Positions 18,988 to 28,196 are shown, counted from the stretch's first letter. The stretch is DNA of 64,000 nucleotides from an uncultured virus (IMG/VR IMGVR_UViG_2740892240_000002) (IMGVR_UViG_2740892240_000002:1-64000); one strand, 5' to 3'. The notes: generated from the sequence alone by a model not told the origin. Made by a program: numbers and translations.

Positions 18988-20709
18988 CTAATTCCATCCC
19001 ATCATATCTAGATACTTATCAACTGATTCATTTACATTTACTAATCTTTCTTCTTTAAATGCTAACTTATATGCATCTATAATAGCATCTATTGGGTCTA
19101 TTCTTTTATTTCTTCTATCTTTATCTATCTTAATTTCTCCATTTGGATTAGATACAGTTTTTGCATTTAAAGCTGACCATGAAAGTAACTCATTTTTTTT
19201 GTTATACTCAATATTTTTCGCTCTAACCTCAAGTTCAAAGTCCTCAGTAGGATCATTAAGCCATTTGTGAGTTTGATAAATTTCTATACAATCAAATCCT
19301 AATTCTGATAAATCACTTAAAAAAGCATCTGCATTGTGGGGATCATAGCCTAACTGTTCAATTTTAAGGTCGTATTTTTCAATAAGATCATTTAAATATT
19401 TAATTATATATTTATAGTCAGTTTTAATACCTCCTAAAGTTTCTGTAACTGTCAATAATTCATCTTTAATCCATAAATTATATGGTGCATCGTCACTTTT
19501 GATATGTTCCTCTACTTTCATTTTTGGTATAAAACTATGAGAATGAATATAATACTTCTTAACCCCATCAACATAATATACAAATACCAACGCTATTGAA
19601 GTTAAGTCTCCTCCGGAACTTAAGTCTAATCCTGCATAACATTTTTGCCCCCTAAAATCTTCTAGAGTTCTTTCACTTTCACATTCCTTCCAAAACTTAG
19701 GCTTTATATATTGATCATCTGTAAATTGAATCCATATATTTAACGCCTTTGTTAGAAAATCTCTTAAATCATCTCCACCCATATCTCTTGCAGAATCTCC
19801 TACTCTTTTTAAATTTTCAAGATCTTCTGCATCTTTACATACTAGTGGATTAGCTTTTATCCAATTTTTAGAGTTCCAAATATCATCTTCTTCATCCATT
19901 TCAGCTATATACACAAATTGAGCATCATTAGTAAATACATTTTCTAAAATGTTTTTACAGTATTCATACAGCTTAAAACAAGGACAGTTTAATTCAAATC
20001 CAGCAGTAGTTATTACTGAAATTAAACACTGTTTCATTTTTCTTGTACCACCCTCAAGCAACTTATACATTTGATTGTTCTTATGGGCGTGATATTCATC
20101 GACTATACCAAGCAACGGTCTAAAACCATCTATTGATTTTGTATCTCTTCCTAATGCTCTTATTATAGAATTAGTATTTAAAGCTATTATTGTATTATCA
20201 TGTTCCCTAACCTTAAAAAACTCTGATAAATCTTCATCAGAGTTAATAAACTTAATCATTTCATTTAATACTATTTTAGCTTGATCTGACTTAGTGGCCG
20301 TACAATATAGTTGACCATATTTATAACCACTAAAAGCTCCATAATATGTACCTAAAATACCATTTAAAAATGATTTACCATTTTGTCTACCTAGCTGAAC
20401 ATACGATGTTCTAAATCTCCTATATCCAGTGCCTTTTGTAACCCATCCATTTAGACATCCTAATATGAATACTTGAAATCCTTCTAAATTTACAGGGATT
20501 TCTTCCTCACCCTCTGCTATTGTAAGTGTTTCTGCAAAATCTAAAATATCATTTGCCTTTTCTATATCAAACTCATACTTATATGCATTTAATTTAGACT
20601 TCTCTAAGTCATCTAAATGTCTTTTACATGCTAGGATTGCAGGTCTTCCAGCTATAATTTTTCCTTCTACTACATCTACCGCATATTGAGTAACCCTATC
20701 TAAATTCAC
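18988..20709 (-). CDS. terL: Terminase large subunit
   Basis: GRQNGKS Walker A; VDEYH, GLDLS and IDPIDA motifs. Confidence 0.95.
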   Translation of the reverse strand: MNLDRVTQYAVDVVEGKIIAGRPAILACKRHLDDLEKSKLNAYKYEFDIEKANDILDFAETLTIAEGEEEIPVNLEGFQVFILGCLNGWVTKGTGYRRFRTSYVQLGRQNGKSFLNGILGTYYGAFSGYKYGQLYCTATKSDQAKIVLNEMIKFINSDEDLSEFFKVREHDNTIIALNTNSIIRALGRDTKSIDGFRPLLGIVDEYHAHKNNQMYKLLEGGTRKMKQCLISVITTAGFELNCPCFKLYEYCKNILENVFTNDAQFVYIAEMDEEDDIWNSKNWIKANPLVCKDAEDLENLKRVGDSARDMGGDDLRDFLTKALNIWIQFTDDQYIKPKFWKECESERTLEDFRGQKCYAGLDLSSGGDLTSIALVFVYYVDGVKKYYIHSHSFIPKMKVEEHIKSDDAPYNLWIKDELLTVTETLGGIKTDYKYIIKYLNDLIEKYDLKIEQLGYDPHNADAFLSDLSELGFDCIEIYQTHKWLNDPTEDFELEVRAKNIEYNKKNELLSWSALNAKTVSNPNGEIKIDKDRRNKRIDPIDAIIDAYKLAFKEERLVNVNESVDKYLDMMGWN

Positions 20710-20722
20710 ATAAAATCACCCC

Positions 20723-21211
20723 CTATTTTGCAAACTTAGAAAACTTGTTTTTCTTTTCATCTGTACTTGGTTTAGGTATAACCAATCTGCATCTGCTAGA
20801 TATAGTTAACCCCATATCTGAAGCAAAGCTTCTGCATTGTTTAATATGTCTATCTTCAATTATTGATAGTTTATTATATTCTTCAAAATCTTCCTGTGGA
20901 TCTAATGAGTCTAATTTAAGAGCTACCTTTACATATCTACTATAAGCTTTTATATATGTAGCTAATGAGTTGCAATCTGGATTACCCATTATGCCTATAT
21001 CTATTAGCTCTTTTGATATCTTTTTAAACTGTTTTTTCTCTTCTTTTGTTAAGTGAGTAGGAGGTTTTATATTATCTGAATTTGCTTTTACTTCTGTACT
21101 TTTTCTTTGTTCAATCTCAGCTTTTGTAAGGTGTTTCTTACCATTTGCCACTACTAATTCAATTGGTTGTTTTTTGCCTGCCACCTTATTTTCCCTCCTA
21201 TCCCTGTTCAA
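20723..21211 (-). CDS. terS: Terminase small subunit (P27 family)
   Basis: PPTHL and GLTISSR motifs. Confidence 0.9.
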   Translation of the reverse strand: MNRDRRENKVAGKKQPIELVVANGKKHLTKAEIEQRKSTEVKANSDNIKPPTHLTKEEKKQFKKISKELIDIGIMGNPDCNSLATYIKAYSRYVKVALKLDSLDPQEDFEEYNKLSIIEDRHIKQCRSFASDMGLTISSRCRLVIPKPSTDEKKNKFSKFAK

Positions 21212-21219
21212 ATTTTTCA

Positions 21220-21296
21220 GTGGGGAGTTTCCGCGGAAAAAAACTGCAACCGTGGACTTACGTCAAAAGCCAAAAACTTTTTGACTCCCCCCTACC
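21220..21296. other. Probable cos packaging site region
   Basis: GC-richer island between HNH and terS bounded by G/C runs, the usual cos location in HNH-terS phages; exact cut not determinable. Confidence 0.55.
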
Positions 21297-21298
21297 TT

Positions 21299-21721
21299 TT
21301 AATAATTTTCTTTTATCAATTCTTTTAGTTCATTTTGCATCTTAATTTTAGATGTTTCTCCTTTATCGTACATTCTATGTACCTTCTTATGACACCTATC
21401 TCATAGACATATAAGGTTATTCATATTTAATCTCTTGCTCCAGCAATCTTTTAAAGTCTCTATATGATGTACTACATCACTTAAGTTATCATCACATAGT
21501 TTACATATACCATCATCTCTTTGCCTTACAGAATCTCTAGTAAACTTCCATTCTTTACTACAATAAAATTTCTGTTCTTTAAAGTCTACTCTTCTCTTTC
21601 TATAATCCTTATATACTTTCTGTTGTCTATTATTAAATTTAGCTTCACATTCAGAGCACATAGAAATTTCTTGGGGAATAATTTTCCCACATCTACAAAA
21701 CTTCTTTAACAAATTTATCAT
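21299..21721 (-). pseudogene. Packaging-associated HNH endonuclease with in-frame TGA (21401-21403) at the first Cys of LCxxCH
   Basis: Reads ...VHHI...NLICL*DRCHKKVH; the frame continues 33 codons to TAA at 21299. Confidence 0.8.
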
Positions 21722-21865
21722 CTCTTTTAATTAAGTTTTCAGTTTAATAAATATGTATTTCATGTTACTACCCAACTTATTCCTAGTTTTAAAAATAAAA
21801 AAGAACCCTATTTCTAGAGTTCATCTAAACACTTTATTTTTTAGTTTCTTCTTTATATCTTTTAT

Positions 21866-22279
21866 TTACATATCTTTATATAGATGTTGATTATAGTGAA
21901 TAGGCCCTTTTATATGCTTATTTTGCTTACTATCATATGGATAGAATACTACAACTGTATTATCATTTACACCCGGCTTATCAACTGCATGTAATAAAAA
22001 TGTTATTCCGTTATTTTCGAAAATAACCATTACAGATTCTTCTGGTCCTAAATAGTCATTTTCACCTAAAGTATCAATACTTTCTAAGGCTGCCTCTTTT
22101 GATCTATGGTAGAATTTTTCAAAATCTTTATCTGTAATTGAAATAGATCCCATGTTGTCTATTTTATATTTACTTTTTTCTAGATTTTTATTATTGTTCT
22201 TTGCTTGGTCTTTATCCCCACAACCAACTAGTAAAATAATCATAACCGTGATTAAAAGTAAGCCTGGTATTTTCTTCAT
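21866..22279 (-). CDS. Moron lipoprotein, unknown function
   Basis: LVGC lipobox; GGAGG RBS; flanking terminators. Confidence 0.75.
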   Translation of the reverse strand: MKKIPGLLLITVMIILLVGCGDKDQAKNNNKNLEKSKYKIDNMGSISITDKDFEKFYHRSKEAALESIDTLGENDYLGPEESVMVIFENNGITFLLHAVDKPGVNDNTVVVFYPYDSKQNKHIKGPIHYNQHLYKDM

Positions 22280-22430
22280 TTTACTCCACCTCCAAAGTAT
22301 ATAATACGGTTACCTTAAGTTTTAATCTACCTATTTTTACCAATTTGTAATATTCAGTGAATTAAATAAGTATTATAAATCTTTATCTAAATAAAAAAAG
22401 AACCCTTTTAAAGAGTTCTTTTTTTGTTTA

Positions 22431-23111
22431 CTATTTTTTTATTGGTTCATTGAAAGAAGGTGGGTTAATATCTATCTTTGTATTATGATTGTTAGGTCCC
22501 GGACTAGATAAGTCAAAGTATAGTTTAGAGTCTTCAGTAACTCCAAAGTCTCTATTTGAACCTGTATCTTTAATCTTATTTAATGCATCTCTAAATAAAG
22601 CATTATGAGCTTCTTCTCTGTTAAGTAAGAAGTCTATTGTTTCTCTTACATATTTATCGTCAATTTGTCTATATAAATATTCATATACAACTTTTGCTCT
22701 TTGCTCTGATGCTATATTTGATAATAGATCTGCAACTAAGTCTCCTGTTACAGTAACATAATCAGCAGTCCAAGGTGCTCCTGAAGAATTTATTAGAACT
22801 GGTGATAGTCCAGTTAATACATGTGTCTCTATTTCCCCAGAATCAACTGCATTGTAGTCAACATCATGTCCATTTAGTAAATTTATTGTTTGAGCAACCA
22901 TTTCCATATGGCTAAGTTCTTCAGCTGCTATATCAAGAAATAAATCTTTTATCTCTTTATCTTTTATTCTAAAGCTTTGAGATAAATATTGCATTGCTGC
23001 TTTTAACTCTCCGTTTCCTCCTCCTAATTGCTCTTGCATTAAAACTGCATATTGAGGATTTGGTCTTTCTACTTTTACTTCTCTTAACAGTTTTTTATCG
23101 TGTTTAAACAT
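22431..23111 (-). CDS. Manganese catalase family protein (YdbD/CotJC-like)
   Basis: EQLGGGNGEL, EELSH and REEAH di-metal motifs. Confidence 0.92.
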   Translation of the reverse strand: MFKHDKKLLREVKVERPNPQYAVLMQEQLGGGNGELKAAMQYLSQSFRIKDKEIKDLFLDIAAEELSHMEMVAQTINLLNGHDVDYNAVDSGEIETHVLTGLSPVLINSSGAPWTADYVTVTGDLVADLLSNIASEQRAKVVYEYLYRQIDDKYVRETIDFLLNREEAHNALFRDALNKIKDTGSNRDFGVTEDSKLYFDLSSPGPNNHNTKIDINPPSFNEPIKK

Positions 23112-23142
23112 CAACTATACCTCCAAAATCATAATTAGTAAT

Positions 23143-23172
23143 TATAATTTCCTCTAAGCTTTAGTAATATAC
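23143..23172 (-). promoter_or_regulatory. SigF/SigG(SigB)-like promoter of the Mn catalase gene
   Basis: GTATA-N15-GGAAATTATA. Confidence 0.45.
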
Positions 23173-23378
23173 AAATTTTTCTATAATTTATTAGATGTTT
23201 AAATTGATTATAAATGCCTTATGAACGTAACATATCTAATAGTGTGTTATATTCATTTTATCAACTTATATACCCACTGTAGACTTAGTATTTCCAATAA
23301 TTTCAATCTTTATTTTTTCTAAGTAAAATAAACCAATATAACATTCTCTTTTTATGTTATATTCTATATAAAATTAAA

Positions 23379-23927
23379 TTAAAAATATCTAAAGCTCGTA
23401 TAAGCTTTATTCATTCTGTCTTGATCTATACCTATATAATGTAAGGTTACAGCTGGAGATGAATGGTTAAATATCTTCTGAAGTAATGCTATATCTTTAG
23501 TTTGCTTATAGTAATGATATCCCCATGTTTTTCTCATACTATGGGTTCCTAAACAAGGAACATCAAATAATTCTCCCAACTCTTTTAAAATCACATATGC
23601 TCTTTCTCTAGATATAGGTCTATTGTAGTTTTTACGTGATTTAATTAAAAAATCATCAGGATCCTTATCCTCTACATAATCTTTAATTGCTCTTTTCAGT
23701 ATTGGGTTTATCTCTATGAATTTTTGTTTCCCTGTTTTCTTTTCTCTTAAGACTATTTGCCTTTTATCTTTTACATCATATATTCTAAGCTTCAATATAT
23801 CTGATACTCTAAGACCTGTATATATACCCATCATAAATAGAAGGTAGTCTCTTTCATTTGTCTTTTTTAAATATGAACACATATTTTCTAATGTATCTAA
23901 ATTTCTAATAGGTTCTACATAGTTCAT
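23379..23927 (-). CDS. Small tyrosine recombinase (catalytic domain only)
   Basis: TGLRVSD, HSMRKT and HSS...YIG catalytic residues. Confidence 0.92.
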   Translation of the reverse strand: MNYVEPIRNLDTLENMCSYLKKTNERDYLLFMMGIYTGLRVSDILKLRIYDVKDKRQIVLREKKTGKQKFIEINPILKRAIKDYVEDKDPDDFLIKSRKNYNRPISRERAYVILKELGELFDVPCLGTHSMRKTWGYHYYKQTKDIALLQKIFNHSSPAVTLHYIGIDQDRMNKAYTSFRYF

Positions 23928-24023
23928 ATCTCACCACCTCAAATCTCATCTAAATACAAACATATAAAAAAAGTGGACACCTAATTCTCCACTTTTAATT
24001 TATATACTTTTAATATGAATACA

Positions 24024-24224
24024 CTATTTAATTTTATCTAGCTTATCAAAAAATATTGAAATTTCTCCACAATTTGGGCATACTGCAGCCTTTATCTTTC
24101 CTTTATTTGATGAAAAAACCCCACTTCCTTTTCCTAATACTACTGATGCTTGAGCTGTAAAGTTTTCAGTTTTTAGCATGTAGTCTTCAACCATAATTTC
24201 ATTGCATCTTAAACACTTCCTCAT
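24024..24224 (-). CDS. Small Zn-ribbon protein
   Basis: CLRC...CPNCG. Confidence 0.7.
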   Translation of the reverse strand: MRKCLRCNEIMVEDYMLKTENFTAQASVVLGKGSGVFSSNKGKIKAAVCPNCGEISIFFDKLDKIK

Positions 24225-24340
24225 AATATCTACCCCACTTAAATATTGATAATATATTACTATTGTTCAATAGTTTATACTATAAATTATACATAATTTA
24301 TAGTATATCCACACTCATTTAAAGAAAGTAAATATAAAAT

Positions 24341-24373
24341 AAAAAAGCCAGGTGAGAAAGTCCTGACTTTTTT
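24341..24373 (-). terminator. Intrinsic terminator after the late-leader RNA
   Basis: agtcagg/cctggct stem plus U tract on the minus strand. Confidence 0.7.
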
Positions 24374-24413
24374 GAACGTAATAAGTTGTTGTTAATAAAT
24401 CTAATAAATGTAA

Positions 24414-24466
24414 CTAGTTTATACTCCATACCGCTACAGAGTGCTCTTAAGAGCCGTAAAGTTATA
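24414..24466 (-). ncRNA. Conserved late-leader motif containing boxA-like GGCTCTTAAG
   Basis: Near-identical to 58804-58855 in prophage 2. Confidence 0.55.
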
Positions 24467-24467
24467 T

Positions 24468-24540
24468 TGGTGAGGGTTAAAAGGAATCGAACCTCTTATC
24501 TTCTAAATAAATAGCTATTTTACCATTAAACTATATCCTC
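24468..24540 (-). ncRNA. tRNA-like element with degenerate anticodon arm, ending in ACCA
   Basis: GAGGATA-TA-GTTTAATGGTAAAAT...AGAGG TTCGATT CCTTT...CCCTC-A-CCA. Confidence 0.7.
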
Positions 24541-24676
24541 ACGTTGCTAGGGTAAATTTATACCCTAGCCATTATATAAAGAGGGGGTTATTAGGAAATA
24601 AGCAATTGAGTTATTTTAAATTTCCTATACTACTATATTACCACCTCTGAATGTATAAAAAATCTTTACTTTATCG

Positions 24677-25180
24677 CTAAAATGTAGCCAAAGTGTTGGC
24701 TTTACTATTATTTTCATTAAATAATGGTAGTTCTTCATAGTTCGGATACAACATACCCATAATTTTATAAACTAATCGCTCTCTTACTGTGTAGCAATGA
24801 CTGCGATCCATGTGTAGCTTAAGGCTTATATATTTCATATTATTTTTATTTTTGCTATTATAAAATAATTCAAAGAAATTAGTTTCATTAACATCTAAGC
24901 AACTTAATGAGTTTTCTATTTTCGCTTTCTCTATTTCTTTTTCTAATTTACTTTGCATCAATTTATCTATTTTCTTCTCTTTATCTATAACCTCTTTTTC
25001 AACAATTCTAGAAATATTATAAGTTTCACTTGTTCTTTCACCATAATTTATAGCTCCACAACCTCTATATCTCATTTTCTCTTTCTTTATATCTAATTCT
25101 ATATTATTTATTTGAGCTTCTAGAAACTTATAATTATGCAATCTTAATTCTACTTTTTTAAATAATTCTTTTTTCTCCAT
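24677..25180 (-). CDS. ArpU/RinA-like late transcriptional regulator
   Basis: Coiled coil plus C-terminal sigma4-like HTH; last early gene before the late leader. Confidence 0.75.
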   Translation of the reverse strand: MEKKELFKKVELRLHNYKFLEAQINNIELDIKKEKMRYRGCGAINYGERTSETYNISRIVEKEVIDKEKKIDKLMQSKLEKEIEKAKIENSLSCLDVNETNFFELFYNSKNKNNMKYISLKLHMDRSHCYTVRERLVYKIMGMLYPNYEELPLFNENNSKANTLATF

Positions 25181-25204
25181 AGGCAGTCACTTCCCTTTTT
25201 TCTT

Positions 25205-25462
25205 TTAATCAATAATATCTTTCATTTCCTCTAGACATTTTTCACATATAAAAATATTTTTAATGTTTTTCAAATTCTCTTTTGATCCACATAAAATACA
25301 AGAATTATTATGTTTTTTAAGCTTAATAGTTCCATTTTCACATAATATTTCAACCGGATCATTTTCATTTATGTTTAACATCTTTCTAAATTCCTTTGGT
25401 ATTACGATTCTTCCTAGTGAATCGATATTTCTTACAATGCCTTTATTATTTTTGCCATTCAT
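25205..25462 (-). CDS. AbrB/SpoVT-family transition-state regulator
   Basis: GIVRNIDSLGRIVIPKEFR plus C-terminal CxxC...CxxC as in AbrB. Confidence 0.9.
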   Translation of the reverse strand: MNGKNNKGIVRNIDSLGRIVIPKEFRKMLNINENDPVEILCENGTIKLKKHNNSCILCGSKENLKNIKNIFICEKCLEEMKDIID

Positions 25463-25793
25463 ACTATCACTCCTAACATATTTCTAACAATTTATTTCAA
25501 TAAAACTACCTATATAAATGTATTTATCATATAAGGTAACCCTTGTATATCTATATGATTAATTATTATATACCCTTATTCTTAATTTTTACTTAATTAA
25601 AATAAATTTTATATAAACTTTCATCATAAATTTTAATTTTACATTTAAATATACTGAGTTTTTGAATATTTTTTAATAAATCGTCAAATAATACAATTGA
25701 CATTTGAAGATATCAACAGATTATACCCTTTAATAATTTAAATGCAGTTTTTTATGCTATTTTTAAATTTTAACTCTCAATATCCAATTTTCG

Positions 25794-25819
25794 AAAGGAC
25801 TAGTTTAAGCTAGTCCTTT
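25794..25819. terminator. Intrinsic terminator
   Basis: aaaggactag-tttaag-ctagtccttt. Confidence 0.7.
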
Positions 25820-25843
25820 TTAGTTCTAAATAAAGGAATATTC

Positions 25844-25942
25844 TTAACTTATACCCATACTTGCAAATAGTTTAAAACTAATTAAGATTATAATAGCTAT
25901 AAATACAGCAATTAATATGAATAGTTTATCTCTATTGTTCAT
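25844..25942 (-). CDS. 32-aa single-TM peptide MNNRDKLFILIAVFIAIIILISFKLFASMGIS
   Basis: AGGTGGTGG RBS; ORF ends just before a terminator. Confidence 0.55.
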   Translation of the reverse strand: MNNRDKLFILIAVFIAIIILISFKLFASMGIS

Positions 25943-25985
25943 ATTTCCACCACCTATATAACTATCTTTCTTTTAATACATAAAT

Positions 25986-26207
25986 CTATTCCTCCTTATT
26001 TCCACCTTTAATTCCCCAAGCACTCATTATTTTGTCTGCACTTTCTGGAAACTTTAATTTCCCATTGATCTCTTTCCCACATATACATTGTGCTAGTGCC
26101 ATATAGTTTGGATATGTTTTATAGTCACTCGGTTTAAAGAATGTTTCTTTTACACTGGGTATACTAGGTTCTATTTCAACATACTTTAACTCTGTTGATT
26201 TACTCAT
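25986..26207 (-). CDS. Hypothetical phage protein (paralog of 60030-60248)
   Basis: Shared FFKPSD.KTYPNYMALAQCICGKEING. Confidence 0.7.
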   Translation of the reverse strand: MSKSTELKYVEIEPSIPSVKETFFKPSDYKTYPNYMALAQCICGKEINGKLKFPESADKIMSAWGIKGGNKEE

Positions 26208-26736
26208 TCTTATCACCCCTTATTTTATACTCAAGTTTATATCTCTTTCTAAAAAGTCTTTTAGCTTCTATGGCTTGATTTAAATTGCCTCTGCTAGCAT
26301 TTAAATAGTCACATGCTTTATTAACACTCTCAAACTCTATAGTCTCATTTTTTAATTTATCTATAACTATCAACGGCTTTCTTTCAACTTCTCTTATAGT
26401 TTCTAAAGCTTGTATCCTAAATCTCTTTCTAAACAGTCTATTGTGCTTTATATAAGTTGTTATATCTGATCTTCTCATATCTAGAAATTTACAACAATCA
26501 TCTAATCCATCAAACTCCATTTCTTTCTCTTCTACTTCATCTACTACCTTAACTTTATAATTATAATTCTGTTTAGGTTTAATCTTTCTATAATGTCCTC
26601 CTTTATCATCTTTAGGATCATCAAGTACTATATGTTTAATAGCTTTTCCTATACTTAAACTTGGATTTAATATGCAAGCTAATAAAGCCATATAGTTATC
26701 TGTAAAATCAAAATCATAAGAATTAGAATATTTCAC
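26200..26736 (-). CDS. Phage protein with tandem NUMOD1-like DNA-binding repeats (paralog of 60368-60907)
   Basis: FESVNKACDYLNASRG-type repeats; NYMALLACILNP. Confidence 0.65.
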   Translation of the reverse strand: MKYSNSYDFDFTDNYMALLACILNPSLSIGKAIKHIVLDDPKDDKGGHYRKIKPKQNYNYKVKVVDEVEEKEMEFDGLDDCCKFLDMRRSDITTYIKHNRLFRKRFRIQALETIREVERKPLIVIDKLKNETIEFESVNKACDYLNASRGNLNQAIEAKRLFRKRYKLEYKIRGDKNE

Positions 26737-26843
26737 TCTTATCACCCCTATTTAACTTTTCTTTTTTATATAAATTTTTATTACATATTCTGAATTTATA
26801 GTTTTTCCTCTACACATAATAGTTATATAAAGGAGGTAATTAT

Positions 26844-27299
26844 ATGTTTATAAAAAAATTAAGCATTGTGTTTTCAATAATATTGATTCTATTTACAATA
26901 AATATAAATACAATCTATGCATTTAATACTGTAACTCCACCACCAATTAGTAACGAATATATTAAGGAACTAGAAATAATAGATAATTATATGTATTTAT
27001 TAGTACAATCCGTTGCTACAAAAAATATTGACCAATCTAAAACCAGTAAAGATATTACATTTATAGAAACTTTAATCGATAGTCTAACTAATAAAACCTC
27101 AAAACTTTCTAAAGAAGATAATGATGTTATCCTATCCATGCAGGTCATATTAAACTATTACAAAATTTCTATAATAAATATAAAGGTTTATATAGATAAG
27201 AATGATGCTGATAGATTAATAGATTCAATAACTTCTTTTTCTTTAGGTTATAACTCTTCATCAACCTTGAGAAACACTATAGGAAAAGCGAAACAGTAG
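26844..27299 (+). CDS. Counter-oriented secreted moron protein
   Basis: AAGGAGG RBS; signal peptide ending IYA; SigG-like GAATT-N18-CATAATA (26792-26821); hairpin at 3' end. Confidence 0.75.
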   Translation: MFIKKLSIVFSIILILFTININTIYAFNTVTPPPISNEYIKELEIIDNYMYLLVQSVATKNIDQSKTSKDITFIETLIDSLTNKTSKLSKEDNDVILSMQVILNYYKISIINIKVYIDKNDADRLIDSITSFSLGYNSSSTLRNTIGKAKQ

Positions 27300-27367
27300 G
27301 TTCTCGCTTTTCTTATATTAATTGCAATGCTATCTCTACTAGGTATTTTCTAACCTTAAAGATAAAC

Positions 27368-27499
27368 TTACCAAACTCTATATTCTCTTTTGAATACCTC
27401 TAAAGCTTCTATCCAAGCTTCTTGTTCTGTTATACCTCTATCTTTAGCAATCTGCTTTGCTATGTCTCTAAGAATCTTAGCTGCTTCTATTATTCCCAT
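27368..27499 (-). CDS. 43-aa phage protein MGIIEAAKILRDIAKQIAKDRGITEQEAWIEALEVFKREYRVW
   Basis: AGGAGTG RBS; overlaps the rep stop. Confidence 0.7.
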   Translation of the reverse strand: MGIIEAAKILRDIAKQIAKDRGITEQEAWIEALEVFKREYRVW

Positions 27500-28196
27500 A
27501 GTTTACATCACTCCTAATTTCCTTTTTTGAACTTAACTTATCTTTGCATATTTTATGTATATACTTCCAATATCCCTCGCTGCCTTTTGGTGATTTAATT
27601 GTTCCATCTTCAACAGATATATCTACTGCTAAAACTATACTTTTTAGTTCACTATCAGATAATTTATACATACTTCTTATACTATTCAAATCTGTGGATA
27701 AATTTACACTAGTTACTCTATCAATAGATATAGTATTAGGATATGGTAATAGGGTCTTTTGTTCGGGATTTAAATCCGTACCGTAAGGATTTATATCCGT
27801 ACCCTCGGGATTTATTTCCGATAGCTTCGGATTTAAATCCGATGTCCTATAGTTAGTATCTATTAATAATTTATAGTTTCTACCTAGAGCATAATAAGAA
27901 TACGTCCCTCCTATTTTTACTGTTTTATGTTTTAATATTCCTATCTTGCACATCTTCTTTAGTCTTCTATAGACTGTATCTTTCTTCATCTTCGTAATAG
28001 GTATATCCTCTGTTACACCATCATACTTAATCCAATAGTACTTATCATCTGAAATAATCTTTGATATCATTCTTTCACTATCTTTAAATTTTACAAACCA
28101 TTTTAATATCAATAGATCTCTATCATCTAATTCAAGTTCTATTGCTTTTTCTTGGCTAAATCCATGTATGCTATACTCCAAGAAACTCACCCCCAC
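27477..28196 (-). CDS. Replication initiator (wHTH replisome organizer)
   Basis: GFSQEK...YWIKY...wHTH N-terminus; internal iterons. Confidence 0.75.
   Translation of the reverse strand: MGVSFLEYSIHGFSQEKAIELELDDRDLLILKWFVKFKDSERMISKIISDDKYYWIKYDGVTEDIPITKMKKDTVYRRLKKMCKIGILKHKTVKIGGTYSYYALGRNYKLLIDTNYRTSDLNPKLSEINPEGTDINPYGTDLNPEQKTLLPYPNTISIDRVTSVNLSTDLNSIRSMYKLSDSELKSIVLAVDISVEDGTIKSPKGSEGYWKYIHKICKDKLSSKKEIRSDVNYGNNRSS
27693..27842. repeat. Phage origin: four ~21-bp-period GGATTTAwwTCCG iterons (27764-27842) and a perfect DnaA box (27693-27701)
   Basis: cgggatttaaatccgt, aggatttatatccgt, cgggatttatttccga, cggatttaaatccga; TTATCCACA on the minus strand. Confidence 0.8.

Noticed and set aside
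24320..24430. Leader peptide MEYKL... starting in the conserved late-leader motif, or a tmRNA-like tag frame
   Set aside because: No RBS, the two copies diverge in sequence and length after five codons, and there is no G3-U70 alanine identity pair.
24468..24540. Functional decoding or suppressor tRNA (also 58860-58933) that could read through the TAG/TGA stops noted
   Set aside because: The anticodon arms lack a canonical 5-bp stem with 7-nt loop, and no CTA or TCA anticodon can be placed, so they are reported only as tRNA-like.
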